Below are positions 33,801-46,082 of a stretch of 64,000 nt of DNA, one piece after another. The position numbers and the translations under genes are program-made. The notes beneath the pieces are model-generated. The model was given only the letters and a program-made list of their open reading frames with translations. It made no database searches and was not told where the DNA came from. The stretch is from Podarcis bocagei (Eukaryota): assembly GCA_964188305.1 (NCBI GenBank), contig OZ076886.1; one strand, given 5' to 3'. Position 1 is the first letter of the stretch, and every line of letters starts with the position of its first letter.

Positions 33801-36200
33801 ATTGGGTCTGTGGTTTTTCCTACGTGGTCCTCTGCAGATATCCTCTGCTTACGCTGCCTACTGTAGGAAGCCTTCAGGTGTTTAAACAGTTTTAGTCTTC
33901 TGTTATCAGAAATTTTCCCATTTGCTCACTTGACTTGAATTGAATCATAGAGTTGGGATGGACCCTGAGGGTCATATATAGTCCAACCCCCTGCAATGCA
34001 GGAATATGCAGTTGTCTCTTATGGGGACAGAACCTGCAATCTTGGTGTTATTAGCAACACGCTCTAACCAGCTGAGCTTATTCTGAGCTCATTCCAGGAA
34101 GCCGTTTTTTAAACAACGAAACTCTTTAAACCACTGTTTCTAGTTGTCACCAGGTTCCATTGTGCTTTTAAGATCTGTGGTTTGTGTTCAACGTAGCACT
34201 ACAATGAATGTTCTCTCAGTCAAATTATTTTTGTGTGTGTGTGCGCGGCAAAACATTCTTCCCCTCCCTCTAAATCTGTTCTGGGGTTTCCCCCAACCCT
34301 CTGGAATAAATTTGAGAATAGTGCAGATGGAATAGAGGGATGGGAAATCCCCTTGAGCTAGTACGTGAAGTTTGTTGAATACTACCATTTCGTATTTATT
34401 TATTTTTGTAGCACTTGTGACAGCAGGAAGGAGAAGCAGAGTAGGGGAGGAAACCCGAAAAGCACATTAAGAGCACAGTAGTCACAGGACTCTTAAAATG
34501 GCGGACACCATCCTATTTTGCTACAAGGTAAGACACACTGTGGCTGTATCTGACCTAACCATTCTGCAGTCGTGGAAGAGACAAGCACCGTCTCCACATC
34601 GAGACCTGGCAGCTGACTATGGCTCCAGGAAGGCTGCTTGCACTCAATGCAAAGGACTCCCAAAATCCCCGGGAACCCCAAGACTGGCGTGGTGCTCACC
34701 TGCTTTGGTTGGCTTGATGCTGACCGGCTGGAAGCCAGCAGTGAGAATAGAAGAATCAGCCACATCAGAATCCAGCCCTTCCTTCTTGCGGCAGTAGACA
34801 AGGGTTACCACTAGGAGCAGCAGCACCAGGCAGACAGCGACAGCGATCAGGCCCACATACAGAGCCACATCCTCAGAGCCATTCGTTCCTAAAAGGGGAA
34901 GCAGGAGAACAGAGAGGTGTGCAATTCTGAGCCAGTTGTTGCCCTGTATAAAATAATGGCGTTCCTTTCTGGAGAAGGAGTGCACCGCTCATAATTGCAT
35001 GGTGCGCAATTATCTATGGAAGTCCGCCAATGTCTCTAGGGATGGAAGAGACACTGAATGAAATGTCATTGGCCTTCTTGCAATGAGGGCCATCAAGGAA
35101 TTGATAATCAAAACCTGTGATCCCTTAAAAAACCCCACCCCAAACCCCTGCCCTTTCCCTGTTTTTCAGTGCAAAGGCACATTTCCAACCTCCTCCTTTT
35201 TGAACAGAGTATTGAACTCACAGCCTTCTTCAAGTCCCGGTTTAAAAAATGATGCAAAATCCAAATTGGAGAGGAATGGGTGGAAAGCATAAGAGATTCC
35301 TTTGGGAATCAGGGATCTGAATTAGGCGGGGTGGTGGTGGCAGGATAAGATTCTCAACCCATTTTTTAGATAAATGCAACATGACATTCAAAACAAGCAG
35401 CGTATTTTATGAGCATCTGTTGTGGTTCCCTTTTATAATAACTACAGCCATGTTACCAGCATGTTATCAAAGAAAAGGGCTGCTTTGGGGAACAGTGGGT
35501 GCTGAGGCACAGGCAAAGCTGGGTGAATGGTGAACCCAGGACTGAAACAGAAAAGGGGTCTTGTAAGTGTGAGATTGTGCCTGGGACACAAGCCCATTTA
35601 ATTGTTCATAAGAACAATAACCCTGTCTGTCGAACCAGTGTGTTATCTAAAAATCTTTATGTTTGTAGAAATAATAATTCAGAAGGGGATCTGAAATGTG
35701 ATGTACGGGAGGACCAGACACAGCCTTCCACAAAGGGTGCTTCTGCGGGAAAAGTTTTGTGGCAGAGGTTGGTTTGGGCAAAGTTAGTAAGGCTGCAGCT
35801 TGGGTTAAAAGGAACCCTTCTGCTCTTGTCTCATAATTTCTAAGTAAAGGCAGACAGTCTTTAATTGGGAGAATTGGGATCTTGCTTATGATCTCTGAAG
35901 GTTGAGTAAGTAGAAACCTTCAAAGCTCCATGGCCAAAATCCCAGCTGTGAAGGAGAGTGTGAGTGTGTGTTGTCCTTTGTATGAAGCCTCTGTACAGAA
36001 GAAGGCAGGCTGGTGGGGGCTGAAGGGGGAAGGGGGGAAAGAAAGAATGCAGGCCTGGTGTGGGTGTGGGTGTGTGTGAGAGAGAACAAACAAGGCTTCT
36101 GTGTTAACAGAAGCAAGCACACACACATTAGTCTGGTTTATGAGGCAACATATGTACAGGGAATTGTATGTAAGGGAGGAAGAATGAACGAATGAACCAG

Positions 36201-36244
<44 letters not shown>

Positions 36245-39200
36245 GTGAACCAGCACTTTGCCCTGCTGTCCCTCTGAATCCCTCACGCACCTCCTCCCCA
36301 CCCCCACTGCCAGCTGGGTCAAACCGTCAGCCTGAGTCCCCCTGGGGAGGGCAGGGGGCCATTGCTTCATTTCAGCTGTGAGAATGGTTAATTTGATGTA
36401 AAAGGAAGAGAAAACCCCTAGGAGGCCTAACAAGCTAGAACAGTTAATGAGCCAGGATGGGGCCTGTCACTCACTCTTCCGCCCTGGCAGGGCCAGTGCA
36501 GAGCTCTCCTGCCTTGGGGTGGGGGTGGCACACAGCCTGCTTGCTGGGCCAGTGCGCACCAGTTGTGATCTTTCAGGAGAGAGCTCTGGGGCCTCCTCAT
36601 TAAGGGACAGAGCCTGTGGCGGGACGCATGGGCCAGGGGGTGCCACTGACAAGGTGGGTTTCTGCCTTCTAGCCTGTGGCTATGAGGCAACGCTAAACCA
36701 GGCAGCAGAGATTCCATCTGTGCTGGGCAGACGGCTGCTAGTTCCTATGCGGACAGATAGGCAGACCAGAACTGACAGGCCTCAATGCCCTTACATCTCA
36801 ATCAGCCTGCAACGGAAGGTCGCTCAAAAAAAGCTACGCAACAGGAGGCAGCACCAGTTGCCTATGTCCATAGCCACCCCGGAGAGGCACACCTGTGCCA
36901 GAAGATGCTCGTCAAATTCATGCCACCACCTGCACCTCTCCCCTCCATCTCCACCCACGGCATGAGTCTTATATTTCCCCAAAAGCAGCAGGAACTTACC
37001 GTGAGTGCATAACTCGCTGGTGCAGTTGCGGGTCTCCAGTTCAGGCCCCTGGCACTCGTCCCCCCCATTCCGGGGCGCCGGATCCGAGCATTCACGGCTT
37101 CGCCAGTGTGTACAGTCTGCACCACACACTGACCACATGCTCCAGGTTGACCAACCGCCAGGCACTGCCAGACAGGAGGAGGCAGTACAGAGGCTTAGGG
37201 ACCAAAATCCCAAATCTCAAACGGTTTCTCATCCTCTGCATAAATTCTACCTCCCCACCCCGCCAAGCCCAAGCAGATATCTCACTAGCCGGATGCTTGC
37301 AGCAGCTTGGTGGGTCGAGAGGACACCGTTAGGCGATGTCAGCTACAGAGAGGAGGGACCGGGCTGAAGTAGCTCAGGGCTGACCCATTGCTGGCCACCA
37401 CAGAAGCCACTCCTAATGGGGCAAGGGGGCCCTCCCATATTTGTAACATGCCTTGGAAGGGGCTCAGAGATGGGAAGGGACAAACACAGACACATGGATG
37501 GGTTGGGGAAGACAGGTAGAGCAAAGAGGGGAAGGCGAGGCAAAGGCCAGCTGCTCTCTTGGGACCAGTAGCTCAAACAGAGCTGAAGGCACTGAAAAAA
37601 CAAGTCCCAGGAACATGCAGCACCATTCTGGGTCACTTTGGGGAAAGGAAGGGGCAACCAAACAGTGGTGGGATAGTGCATAGGCAAAGCTGTGTGAGCA
37701 GCGAACTCCGGGCTGAAACAGAAAAAGGGGGGCTTGGAGTGGACTGAGAGTGGGAGACGTGTGTGGCTCAGCCTGCTCTGGGCATCCTATGTGTTAGATT
37801 TTGAGTCTTTCCCCGCTGCTGTGGGTGGTGGGGCGGGGGCCAAGGGTGCGAGTGAGCACAGCAAAACAGAGCCGCCGGAGCAGGTGCGCAGCAGTGGCAG
37901 GGCAGTACCTGGGCACAGGGTGGCGCAAGAACTTTTCTGCACATTCTGGCCCTCACAGAAGGCCCCCCCGTTGAGTGGTGCTGGGTTGGTGCAGCTCCGG
38001 CTCCGCTTCTGCCAGCCCCGTCCACAGCTGGTGCTGCAGGCTGACCAGTCCGTCCACGTCGACCAGCCGCCATTCACTGGGGGGAAGGGACAGCATCAGC
38101 TAGAGCTCCCAACGACGGTGCGCCCTGGGAGGGCCAGTCGTTGGCAGCAGGGAGGGAGGTGGGGCTCTCTCTCTGGGCCCAGAGAAGGAGCCGAGCGCTT
38201 CCAGGGTTCTCCTGGGGCAAAACGGCCGGCTCTGGGGTGCCAGCTTCCCTCTTGCTTTTGGTATGTGTGTACAGCTTAGGGAGAATACACAGGAAAACAT
38301 GGGGGGATGCAGGAGGAGTCACAAGCAGAGGGGCGGACACTTGGAGGAGGGGGTGGGGTGGGGGGGTCATGCCGCTTTCTCCTGTGAGATTCTGCAGGAG
38401 CATCGCTTTCTCGACGTCGCGTTGACACAGCCTGGCTCCCCCGCCCACCCCCTCTCCCTCCAGGATGGATATTTCCTCCATTTTGAGGTGCATGTACTTA
38501 GCAAAGTCCCCTCTTCATCAGTTGGGGCAACCCAAGAAATGGTGCTGCCCAAAGGGAAGGACAAGCTGGCCTCCACACAACTCTTCCCCTTTCCTTTTAT
38601 GAAAGCTGGCTGGCTCCGGCAGTTCAAATCTTCCTTCAGTGCTGGCAGTGGGCTACCATCCCCCACCCCATCTGATGGCAGCAAGTGATCTTAGAGGCAC
38701 ATCCAGCTTTGTTCCCTAACACCAGGCTGCCACTCCCCTCCTCTGCACCAGCATCTACCACCTGAGACAGCTCCCTCACTCTGCCTAATGGTAGAGCCGG
38801 CCCCATCACTGCTTCATCTTCCCCTCTGAGCTACAGCCAAGCCTCCAAAGAAACCAGATTCCTGCCCTTGCCCCCAACCCTGAAGACTTATGGAGAGACC
38901 TGCTGTTCGCCCATTGGTCCCCTTTTTCTGGGGACCACCCATCCCATCGCCTGGTGGGGCCCTACCATAGACAGTGACAGCAGCAGGGGAGCTGCGGCGA
39001 CGGGCCACAATGTTTTTGGCCACGCAGGTATAGTTGCCCGTGTCCACCAGGCGGGCCTGTTTCACCACCAGGCTGTGCTCCAGCGTGATGTAGAAGTTGG
39101 GGTCCAGTGCTGGGTCCACGAGGTCTTCGTTGTGCAGCCACTCGACCTTGGGGAGACACAAGCCACACATAGGGCAGGAGGATTGGGTCAGGCCGCGTAG

Positions 39201-40767
39201 CCTTTAAGGACACTGCGACTGCAACGTGTCTCAGAAGAAAACACATTCTGGCACTGACCTAGTGAGGGACAGAGATTGACAGGCCACTCAGCACCAGGGC
39301 AGCCCAGGGAGGCTCCGAAATGTGCGTTAATGAGCTCTGCAGAGAGACAGGCCGGCGTCAATCAAGTGGCTGCAATGAGGGTGAGGGCGAATGGGCTACC
39401 ACGAACCCAACCTAGATCATCTGCAGGAACTGCAGGAAGCCAACGCTGGGGAGATGCGGGTTCCAACGTCGGGTGGTCCCCATGAAGTGGTTTGGTTTGG
39501 TTTTGTGCTACTGGTGGGCTTCCTCAACCGTTCTCCCCAATGGCCCCCTCAGTTCTGCCCAGGATTAAGCATGCAGGGCCAGTACTCACTTCAGCTGGTG
39601 GGATCCCCTCTGGAGGGCGGCAAGGCAGCACAATTCCCTGCTCAATGGAGACCTCTTTGGCCAGGGGCTCCTGCTCGAAATTCTTTCGCAGATCTAGAAA
39701 GAAGAGAGGCTTAGAGCGGTGTCAAGATGACACCGAAGACCCCCCAGGTCATACTAGGCCACAGCCTTGTCTGCTCCCTGCCAACATGAGCAGCCAATTG
39801 ATCGTAGTTGATTCAGACATGAAAGAACAGGCTTTGATTTTCAGCTGTAGGTGGGGGGAATGACAATGAGGCTCTAGGAGAGGGAAGATGGGTGGTTTGA
39901 AGTCCTAGAGGGGTCCCCTGAGCAGACAGGAGGGTAAGCAGGGCGCCACTCACAAGCAATGCGCACGTAGGCCTTTTGACTCTTGGTGGTGCCAGACGTG
40001 CTCCAGGCGACACACTGGCACCAGTACTCTTCCAAGCCAAAGATCTTCTCCACCTGTTGCCGCGAGATGTCGATCCGTACTTCCATGAGGGGCAGGCCTG
40101 CCAAAACACCAGGGGGCAAAGAGGCAAGGGTGGAAAGCAGGGAAGGGGGGGGGACATCAGTGGGTGGAGGAGCTCTACATGAATGGGTGTCACAATTCTG
40201 TGGAAGTGCAGTAAGTGTGCAGAATGCTGCTGTGTTCAGTTTCTAGAGAACCTCAAGTATCATGAGAAAAGTGTGTGGAGGGGGACCCAAAGATGTCTCT
40301 GGCTCTGACTGTTGCAAATATATGCTCAGAAGCATGTGAGAAATCTCTTAAAAACTTTAAAATGTAATGGTGAAATCTCAGGAGACCACAGCAGCCAAAG
40401 AAGCACAAAAGCTATGCTAACAGTATAAATATGAGGCCTCCTAACTCCAGGTCAGCAGTGGGACAGGAGCTGAGTGTTGGCCCTGCAGCCATCAAAACAA
40501 GACTCCTCTGCTGCCCTTTGATGCCCCACCCCTTCCAGCACTCACCCGTGGTTTTGTTCATGCTGCGCTGTATGATGTGGTCGCCCTGATGCACCCACTC
40601 GCCATTGCACTTGAAGTAGATCTGGGTGGCAGGCGTGGCCTTGCAGGCCAGTGTCACCGGTTTGTTCTTGACAATGTAAACATCCTCCGGTTCCAGCAGG
40701 AAGTGAGGGAGCAGGTCGGAGGAAGAGCCAGGCACAGGGATGGGCACTGTGGCACTCTGCTGGGCAC
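24668..40767 (-). CDS. UNC5A: Netrin receptor UNC5A, exons 2-16 (2624 nt; Ig1, Ig2, TSP1, TSP2, TM, ZU5, UPA, death domain); signal-peptide exon 1 not found in window
   Basis: Phase-consistent splicing gives a continuous ORF with UNC5A-type sequences ([37 protein letters not shown] caspase DxxD, C-terminal VSEAEC). Confidence 0.95.
25302..25480 (-). CDS. UNC5A: UNC5A exon 15 (179 nt), death domain
   Basis: [20 protein letters not shown]...[11 protein letters not shown]; cag / gtaaat. Confidence 0.95.
26834..26998 (-). CDS. UNC5A: UNC5A exon 14 (165 nt)
   Basis: EIPFYHLW...LHCTFTLER...QVEGDGQSF; cag / gtgagg. Confidence 0.95.
27386..27535 (-). CDS. UNC5A: UNC5A exon 13 (150 nt), UPA; GC donor
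   Basis: [17 protein letters not shown]...YQ; donor CAG|GCAAGT. Confidence 0.92.
27926..28159 (-). CDS. UNC5A: UNC5A exon 12 (234 nt), UPA
   Basis: [11 protein letters not shown]...LEYDVRVYC; cag / gtatta. Confidence 0.95.
28696..28837 (-). mobile_element. tRNA-headed SINE with CR1-like tail
   Basis: Degenerate A/B boxes plus CR1-like 3' end; related + strand copy at 58831..58971. Confidence 0.65.
29396..29564 (-). CDS. UNC5A: UNC5A exon 11 (169 nt), ZU5
   Basis: [21 protein letters not shown]; gag / gtgagt. Confidence 0.93.
31169..31256 (-). CDS. UNC5A: UNC5A exon 10 (88 nt), ZU5
   Basis: [21 protein letters not shown]; tag / gtaccc. Confidence 0.95.
31821..32120 (-). CDS. UNC5A: UNC5A exon 9 (300 nt)
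   Basis: LLTIQPDL...[16 protein letters not shown]; cag / gtgaga. Confidence 0.95.
33942..34078 (-). mobile_element. tRNA-headed SINE with CR1-like tail (Squam3-like)
   Basis: Close similarity to 5280..5441. Confidence 0.75.
34700..34888 (-). CDS. UNC5A: UNC5A exon 8 (189 nt), transmembrane helix and DVAD caspase site
   Basis: [30 protein letters not shown]; tag / gtgagc. Confidence 0.95.
36205..36243. repeat. (TG)n microsatellite
   Basis: Direct reading. Confidence 0.95.
37000..37164 (-). CDS. UNC5A: UNC5A exon 7 (165 nt), second TSP type-1 repeat
   Basis: [14 protein letters not shown]...NCTSELCTH; cag / gtaagt. Confidence 0.95.
37909..38076 (-). CDS. UNC5A: UNC5A exon 6 (168 nt), first TSP type-1 repeat
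   Basis: [14 protein letters not shown]...; symmetric phase-1 exon. Confidence 0.93.
38966..39146 (-). CDS. UNC5A: UNC5A exon 5 (181 nt), Ig2
   Basis: VEWLHNED...[15 protein letters not shown]; aag / gtaggg. Confidence 0.95.
39590..39693 (-). CDS. UNC5A: UNC5A exon 4 (104 nt)
   Basis: [16 protein letters not shown]...[11 protein letters not shown]; tag / gtgagt. Confidence 0.95.
39954..40097 (-). CDS. UNC5A: UNC5A exon 3 (144 nt)
   Basis: [11 protein letters not shown]; cag / gtgagt. Confidence 0.95.
40546..40767 (-). CDS. UNC5A: UNC5A exon 2 (222 nt), Ig1
   Basis: [19 protein letters not shown]; cag / gtgagt. Confidence 0.95.
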
Positions 40768-42699
40768 CTGGGCAGAGAGGAGAGGGGCTAGAAACTGGCA
40801 CACTAGCAACCACAACATTCACAGAGGCCATAAAGAGTCAGGTTTCCACCATGGGCCTTGCGTAGGTGGATTTCATTCCAAACTTCAAGGTTAAATCAGT
40901 ACATGCAAAATGCCTTTGCTCTGCTGGCCACCAAACCCCGCAGTCCTCTAAGATCAAACTTCTTCAGTTAAAGGGCAAGGCTTCAACTCTCCTTCACTGT
41001 AATCAGAGCAGCAGCAGCTCTTTGGGGATCTCGGCTAATTACACAGTTAATTGGTCTGTAACATTAATGAAAGCAACTACAGCAAGAGCTCTCAGCCATG
41101 CTGCTGTCCCCACAGCCAACTCAGATGGCCATGTTTTCAGTCCTGCTGCATCCAACCAAACACCACTGGGGGTAAGGGCCAACAGAAAGCCCCCTGAGGT
41201 ACTTCCTCTTTATTAAGTATGCTCCGGCAAGTGTCAAAAACTCACCATCATTTGACATTTACCAGTAACTCTTTTAAGATTTTAGGAGGCTGGTGGGAGT
41301 TGTCAGAAAACACTTTCAGAGTAAGTTAAGAGCATTACAATGCCACATGATACATCATCCCATGCTTGTGTATTAACAGGGATAATCAGAGGCGATAGTT
41401 CTAGATACTGCCTTCAACAGGAATGCACACTTACAGATGGTGCGGTAGTCGGCAGCTGCCTTATACTGAGTCTGACCACTGGGTCATCTAGTTCAAAACT
41501 GCCTGCACTCTCCCAGCCCTAGGTAGAGATGCCCGCGACTGAACCCACGGCCTTCTGCATGCGAAGCAGATGCTCACTGATTGTGTGTAGGTTTGTTTTA
41601 CTTCCTGACTGTTCACAATATGGACTAACTTTTGGTTATGCCTGATGCTACTAACAATTGTGATACTTGCCTGTGTGTATGTTCCCAAGCAAAATACTGG
41701 CAATGCCCTTTGGCTTTAACCTACAATCGCCGCCGCCGCCGCCCCCATCTCATTGCTTTGTTAATACTGTTCATGGATGAACTTGGGGTTCCTTCTTCAA
41801 ACTTAAGTCTAAAAATACCCTTTTAGTTTCTTATTGGGACAAGCGGGCAACCTGTGATGTATGGACAGAAACAGTGTTCAGGTTTAAATTCCCTCCTTTA
41901 TGCCTTAAATTCAGCTTCCTACGCCTGAGGAACAGGAAGCCCAATCTGATGATCGGCTCAGATAAAACCAGCTATTAGATGTAACTCACATTGCTCCAAA
42001 TATGGAGAGCTAGAACCCTCTGCCTTCTGTCTCACTAGAGTCAACCCACATATCCTCCAATATGTGTTAGGTAAAAATCTTCGCAATGTTTGCACTGCTT
42101 CCCATTTGTCACTGGGCTGTGTTGAGCTGGGATAGCACAAATGAGGTTAAAGCGATGAGATTTTGCAGTAAAATTGAACGTTGCTGGCTGTCCTGGGAAT
42201 GGGGTGGGCTAGATGCTGATAACACTTTTTAAAAAAAAGAATACATAAATGCTAACATGGAGATTACAATCCACTTCAGTGTGGGGGTCAGCACACAGTT
42301 TGTCTGACACTTAAGGATTCTGGAATCTTTCACTTCAAAATGTCAATTGCCCTATCATCTAAAATGTATATGCAAATGCTTAAAGCACCAGATTTTCTTC
42401 TGCTTCGCCCACGTGCCTGGATGCTACAATTCCAGAATTTCTGAAGCACAAGTGTATGCTGAGGACGGTTCCAGACTCATTCACAAAACAAGAAAGCCAG
42501 TAGTGCTCACCAGCCAAACACATACATGGGGAGAATGTGCTGGCAACTAGCAGACACAAGGAGGAAATGCCAATAGGTACACTTGCCTGTGATATAACCA
42601 ACCTACTCCCCGCCCAGCCTGTCCCACCTCATCCCCCACTGTGCCCTCATCCCTGGACCCTAATGCGAGGCCCTGGTTCTTCTCCCTGTCCTTCCTTTT

Positions 42700-43460
42700 T
42701 GCTGAGACGTGTGTCACGGTGTCCCCCCCCCAACCTCCCCCCATGACAGGCGTCCACAGCTGGGGCTGCTGACAGCAAGCTTTCCCCCCCTCCCGCCCTC
42801 GTCCCCGCCGCCGCCGCCGCCTCCACCGGGGCTAATCCATCACGGCCGGAAATGCCGCACGGCGCGCGCCCAGTGAACCTGCGCCGATCCCTCATGTCTG
42901 CATTTAACTGCTAATGAAAAAGAAATGTAGTGTGACCAATAAGGGACATAGCTCACTTCTCCGGGGGCCTCGTCTCGTCATGCCACGCTGAGCTGATCCC
43001 GCTCCCTCCCCTCCGCCTCCCAGCCGCGCTTTCGCCGGGCCTCGAGGCGCCTCTCTCCGCAAGGGCAGCGCCTCCGCAGGCAACCCCGAGGCCTCCAGCT
43101 CCGGCCCCGCGGCCCGTGCGGGAGGCCGGCGAAGGCCTGCTCGCCGAGGCAAACCGGCCGCGGCGAAAGGGAGGCCCCGCGCTGCTCCTTTGGCTGGAGC
43201 AGGATTGCGGCGAGCCTGAGCAAAACACGCGGGGACCGCTTCTCTAGCCGCAGCACGCGCGCCCCTTTCGGACAGGCCTCCTTCCTCGCAGCGGGCGCTT
43301 CTTCTCGGCTGCCCCGCCGCTCCCTTCTGCATCCCTTCTCAACAGCCCCCTCGGAAGCTCTGCCATTGTTGCTGCTGCTTTTGCTCCCTTCCTCCTCAGC
43401 AGGAAGGGCCGGTTTAGCGCAGCGCAGGCTCCCTCACCTCTCAGGGTTGCGCGCAACAAG
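42700..43460. promoter_or_regulatory. CpG island in UNC5A intron 1
   Basis: Very GC- and CpG-dense against a CpG-depleted background; (GCC)n, CCGGAA, GCGCGC, TTGCGCGCAA. Confidence 0.85.
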
Positions 43461-45820
43461 AGGGGATTTTCACTTCTGCAGCACTACAATGTTGAGATAA
43501 GCTGCAGCCGCCCATGTGCCGTCTTGTACTGTACACCACCACTGAAGACGGGCACAGGAGTGTCCTGTCCTCCTCGGCACCTGACTGCTCCCCTTACTCA
43601 TCTTTCCGCCCCACCCGTTGCTGTACATTTAAAGCACACCCAGTGCACATTTACAGCACCTGACTTCCCCCAAAGAAGCCTAAGGACGGTAGTTTCCCTC
43701 CTCACCGAGCTACCGTTCTAAGCAACCTTAAAGTATGATTCCTCATAGTCTTTACTTGGACTTTAACCCACGTGCAACTGGTCACCTTCTACTTGCCTCT
43801 TTTATAGTTTTGTCTTTCATCTTTTAATTTCCGTCTGTTGTTATAACTGTTCTCTCTTGTTTTATATACATTATAAAATGAAATAATTATTTTAAAACTT
43901 TGCAAACAAACAAACTATGATTCCCAGGATTCTCGTGGGGGACTTGTGTGCTTTAAATGCACATTGAATGTATATGATCAACAACTACCACCACCACCAC
44001 CTCCTAAGCTTCCTAGTGTCTCTATGCTAGAGATTTATTTGTAATATGCAGGTAGTTCCCAAGCCTTAATGGACCTCCCCTTTGCTACCTATCATCCACA
44101 CACCACATGGGATAGGAACAGTTTCAATGCATTATGCTCCCACACTGCTCTTTTCGCAGGCATGTGATGTGCCACTTCCTGCGCCGTAATTACATTTCAA
44201 ATCTGAGCTGTTGGTTTTGGGGTGGGGTGGGTGAAATGTTATAACGTTGCTTTATCTTTGTTGTTCTAAAATTCTGCAAGCTTTAGAATTGTTGTGAGTC
44301 ACCTAAAGACCATTTGGCATTAGTCAACTAGCAAACAAAATAATAAAGCAATAATATTCCCAATTTTGTGCGCATACACCAGATCACCATATTTTCCTTT
44401 TGTATGTTTTGCCCCATAAGGAAAGTAGTAATTTCAAGAGAGGATCATCTTTTCAGAATCAGTCCCCCTTAAAGGGGGGGGGGGCGGCGGCGCTAGAAAT
44501 CTGATCAAAGTCTTTCTGCTATCACATCTTCTTTGACCTTTAGACCAGAGAAGTCCAGGTTCAAATCCCTATGTAGACACTAAGCTTACTGGCTGACCTG
44601 GACAAGTTGTTATCTCTCGGCCTAACGTACCTCACAGGGTTGTTGTGAAAACCTGCGTATGACACCCTGAATTCCTGGTTGAAAAGGGTGGGATAAATCC
44701 ATAATAAGCAAAACTAACAAGAATCTTTTTGGTCTATATGCATCCAAGAACCTTGTGAGGTGGTCATTTTTTAAATTTCCATTGGACAGATCATGAACTG
44801 AGGCAAACAAGAGAATCTGCAGCTGAGAGGGACCCTAACACACCTCAGGCCTCTCAGTCCAATACACTATCTCGTTCTGCAAGCTTAAATCAATATGATC
44901 AATTGATCAATAAACAAAAGCTTTAATTGAAGATTAACATTAATGGTGGGGCTGAGAGATGCAGCCTTTTTTCCTATTGACATGGAAGCAGGAATCTTTC
45001 TGCCCCGCCCCCACCAAGCAGAAGAGAGGGAGGTGCAAAGGGAGTAGTGGAACAGGAACGATGCTGGCTCAATTGCTGCACCCCCTCTTGGGGTGTGGAT
45101 AGTTTCACAGTCTTCATCTCTGAATGAAAACCTGCAAAGTGCACATGCACTACACAGCCACATCAGCATACTAACTCCTTTCTCCCTGCAGCAAAGCTGA
45201 TTAAAAAGAACCTTCAATATGTTTTTTTCTGAAGGACCAACCTCCTTCCATATGGTTCTCCCGCCATGCTCTGGTCATCACCTGACACACTGCTCCAGAT
45301 TCATTGACTCTGTGAAGCAAACAGCTTAGCTGCCGCACATGGGGCTTTTTCTTCAGTGACACTCACCCTGTAGAACGCCCTGCCAGCTGAGATCAGTCAG
45401 GCCCTGGCACTCTTATTTGTTTGTTTTTTTGCAATTATTTACTACCTCTCTGCCAAGGCCCCCAAGGTGCTATAATAATGTTTTCAGCAGTTGGTGAAAC
45501 TTGGATCTTCATAAATACTATGCGATTTAATTGATATTGCTACTTGCAGTTTGACTGCTGTTCCCAGAATTTTTTTTTTATTCTATGTTATTCATCGGTC
45601 ACATAATGACAGTCATTATTTTTGGCTCATTATATTAACATAGGGTTTATTATTCTTGCTGTTTTGAATGAGGGTGTATATGATATTTGTTTGCTTGATT
45701 TCATTAGCTGACTTGATTTCCTATGGTGGGGTATAAGTTTTATAAATAAATTCTTCCAGTCCATATCCAAAACTAGCATTTCAGGGTAAAACCTCCATAG
45801 CTATGCCTTTCCACCTAGTG

Positions 45821-46065
45821 CAGGCATGTCCATTTCAGGGGCCTAATTTGGCCTGCCGGTCGATTTAATCTGGCCCCTGTGGCAGTATATGTCTTGGGGT
45901 AAAATCCAAAAAAACTCAACAACTTGGGGGGGGGGTTAAAATTGTAAAAGAAGCTCAACAACTTTGGGGTTAAATCTAAAAAAAAGCTCAACAACTTCAG
46001 TCGGCCCTCACGCATGTTCACTTCATCAAATCTGGCCCTCTTTAAAAAAAGTTTGGGCACCCCTG
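45821..46065. mobile_element. hAT-like MITE with three internal ~30-bp tandem units
   Basis: TSD acctagtg / acctaatg; repeated ...ctcaacaac(t)ttgggg unit. Confidence 0.75.
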
Positions 46066-46082
46066 ACCTAATGCTAATAGTA

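Noticed and set aside
35860-35900. DHKQDPNSP peptide reminiscent of the UNC5B alternative exon
   Set aside because: No splice donor, and a stop follows immediately.
39287-39306. REST/NRSE-like TCAGCACCAGGGCAGCCC
   Set aside because: Spacer and right half-site do not fit the TCAGCACCnnGGACAG consensus.
45890-45995. Three ~30-bp direct repeats resembling a CRISPR-like array
   Set aside because: Tandem units without unique spacers, inside a TSD-flanked MITE in a vertebrate genome.
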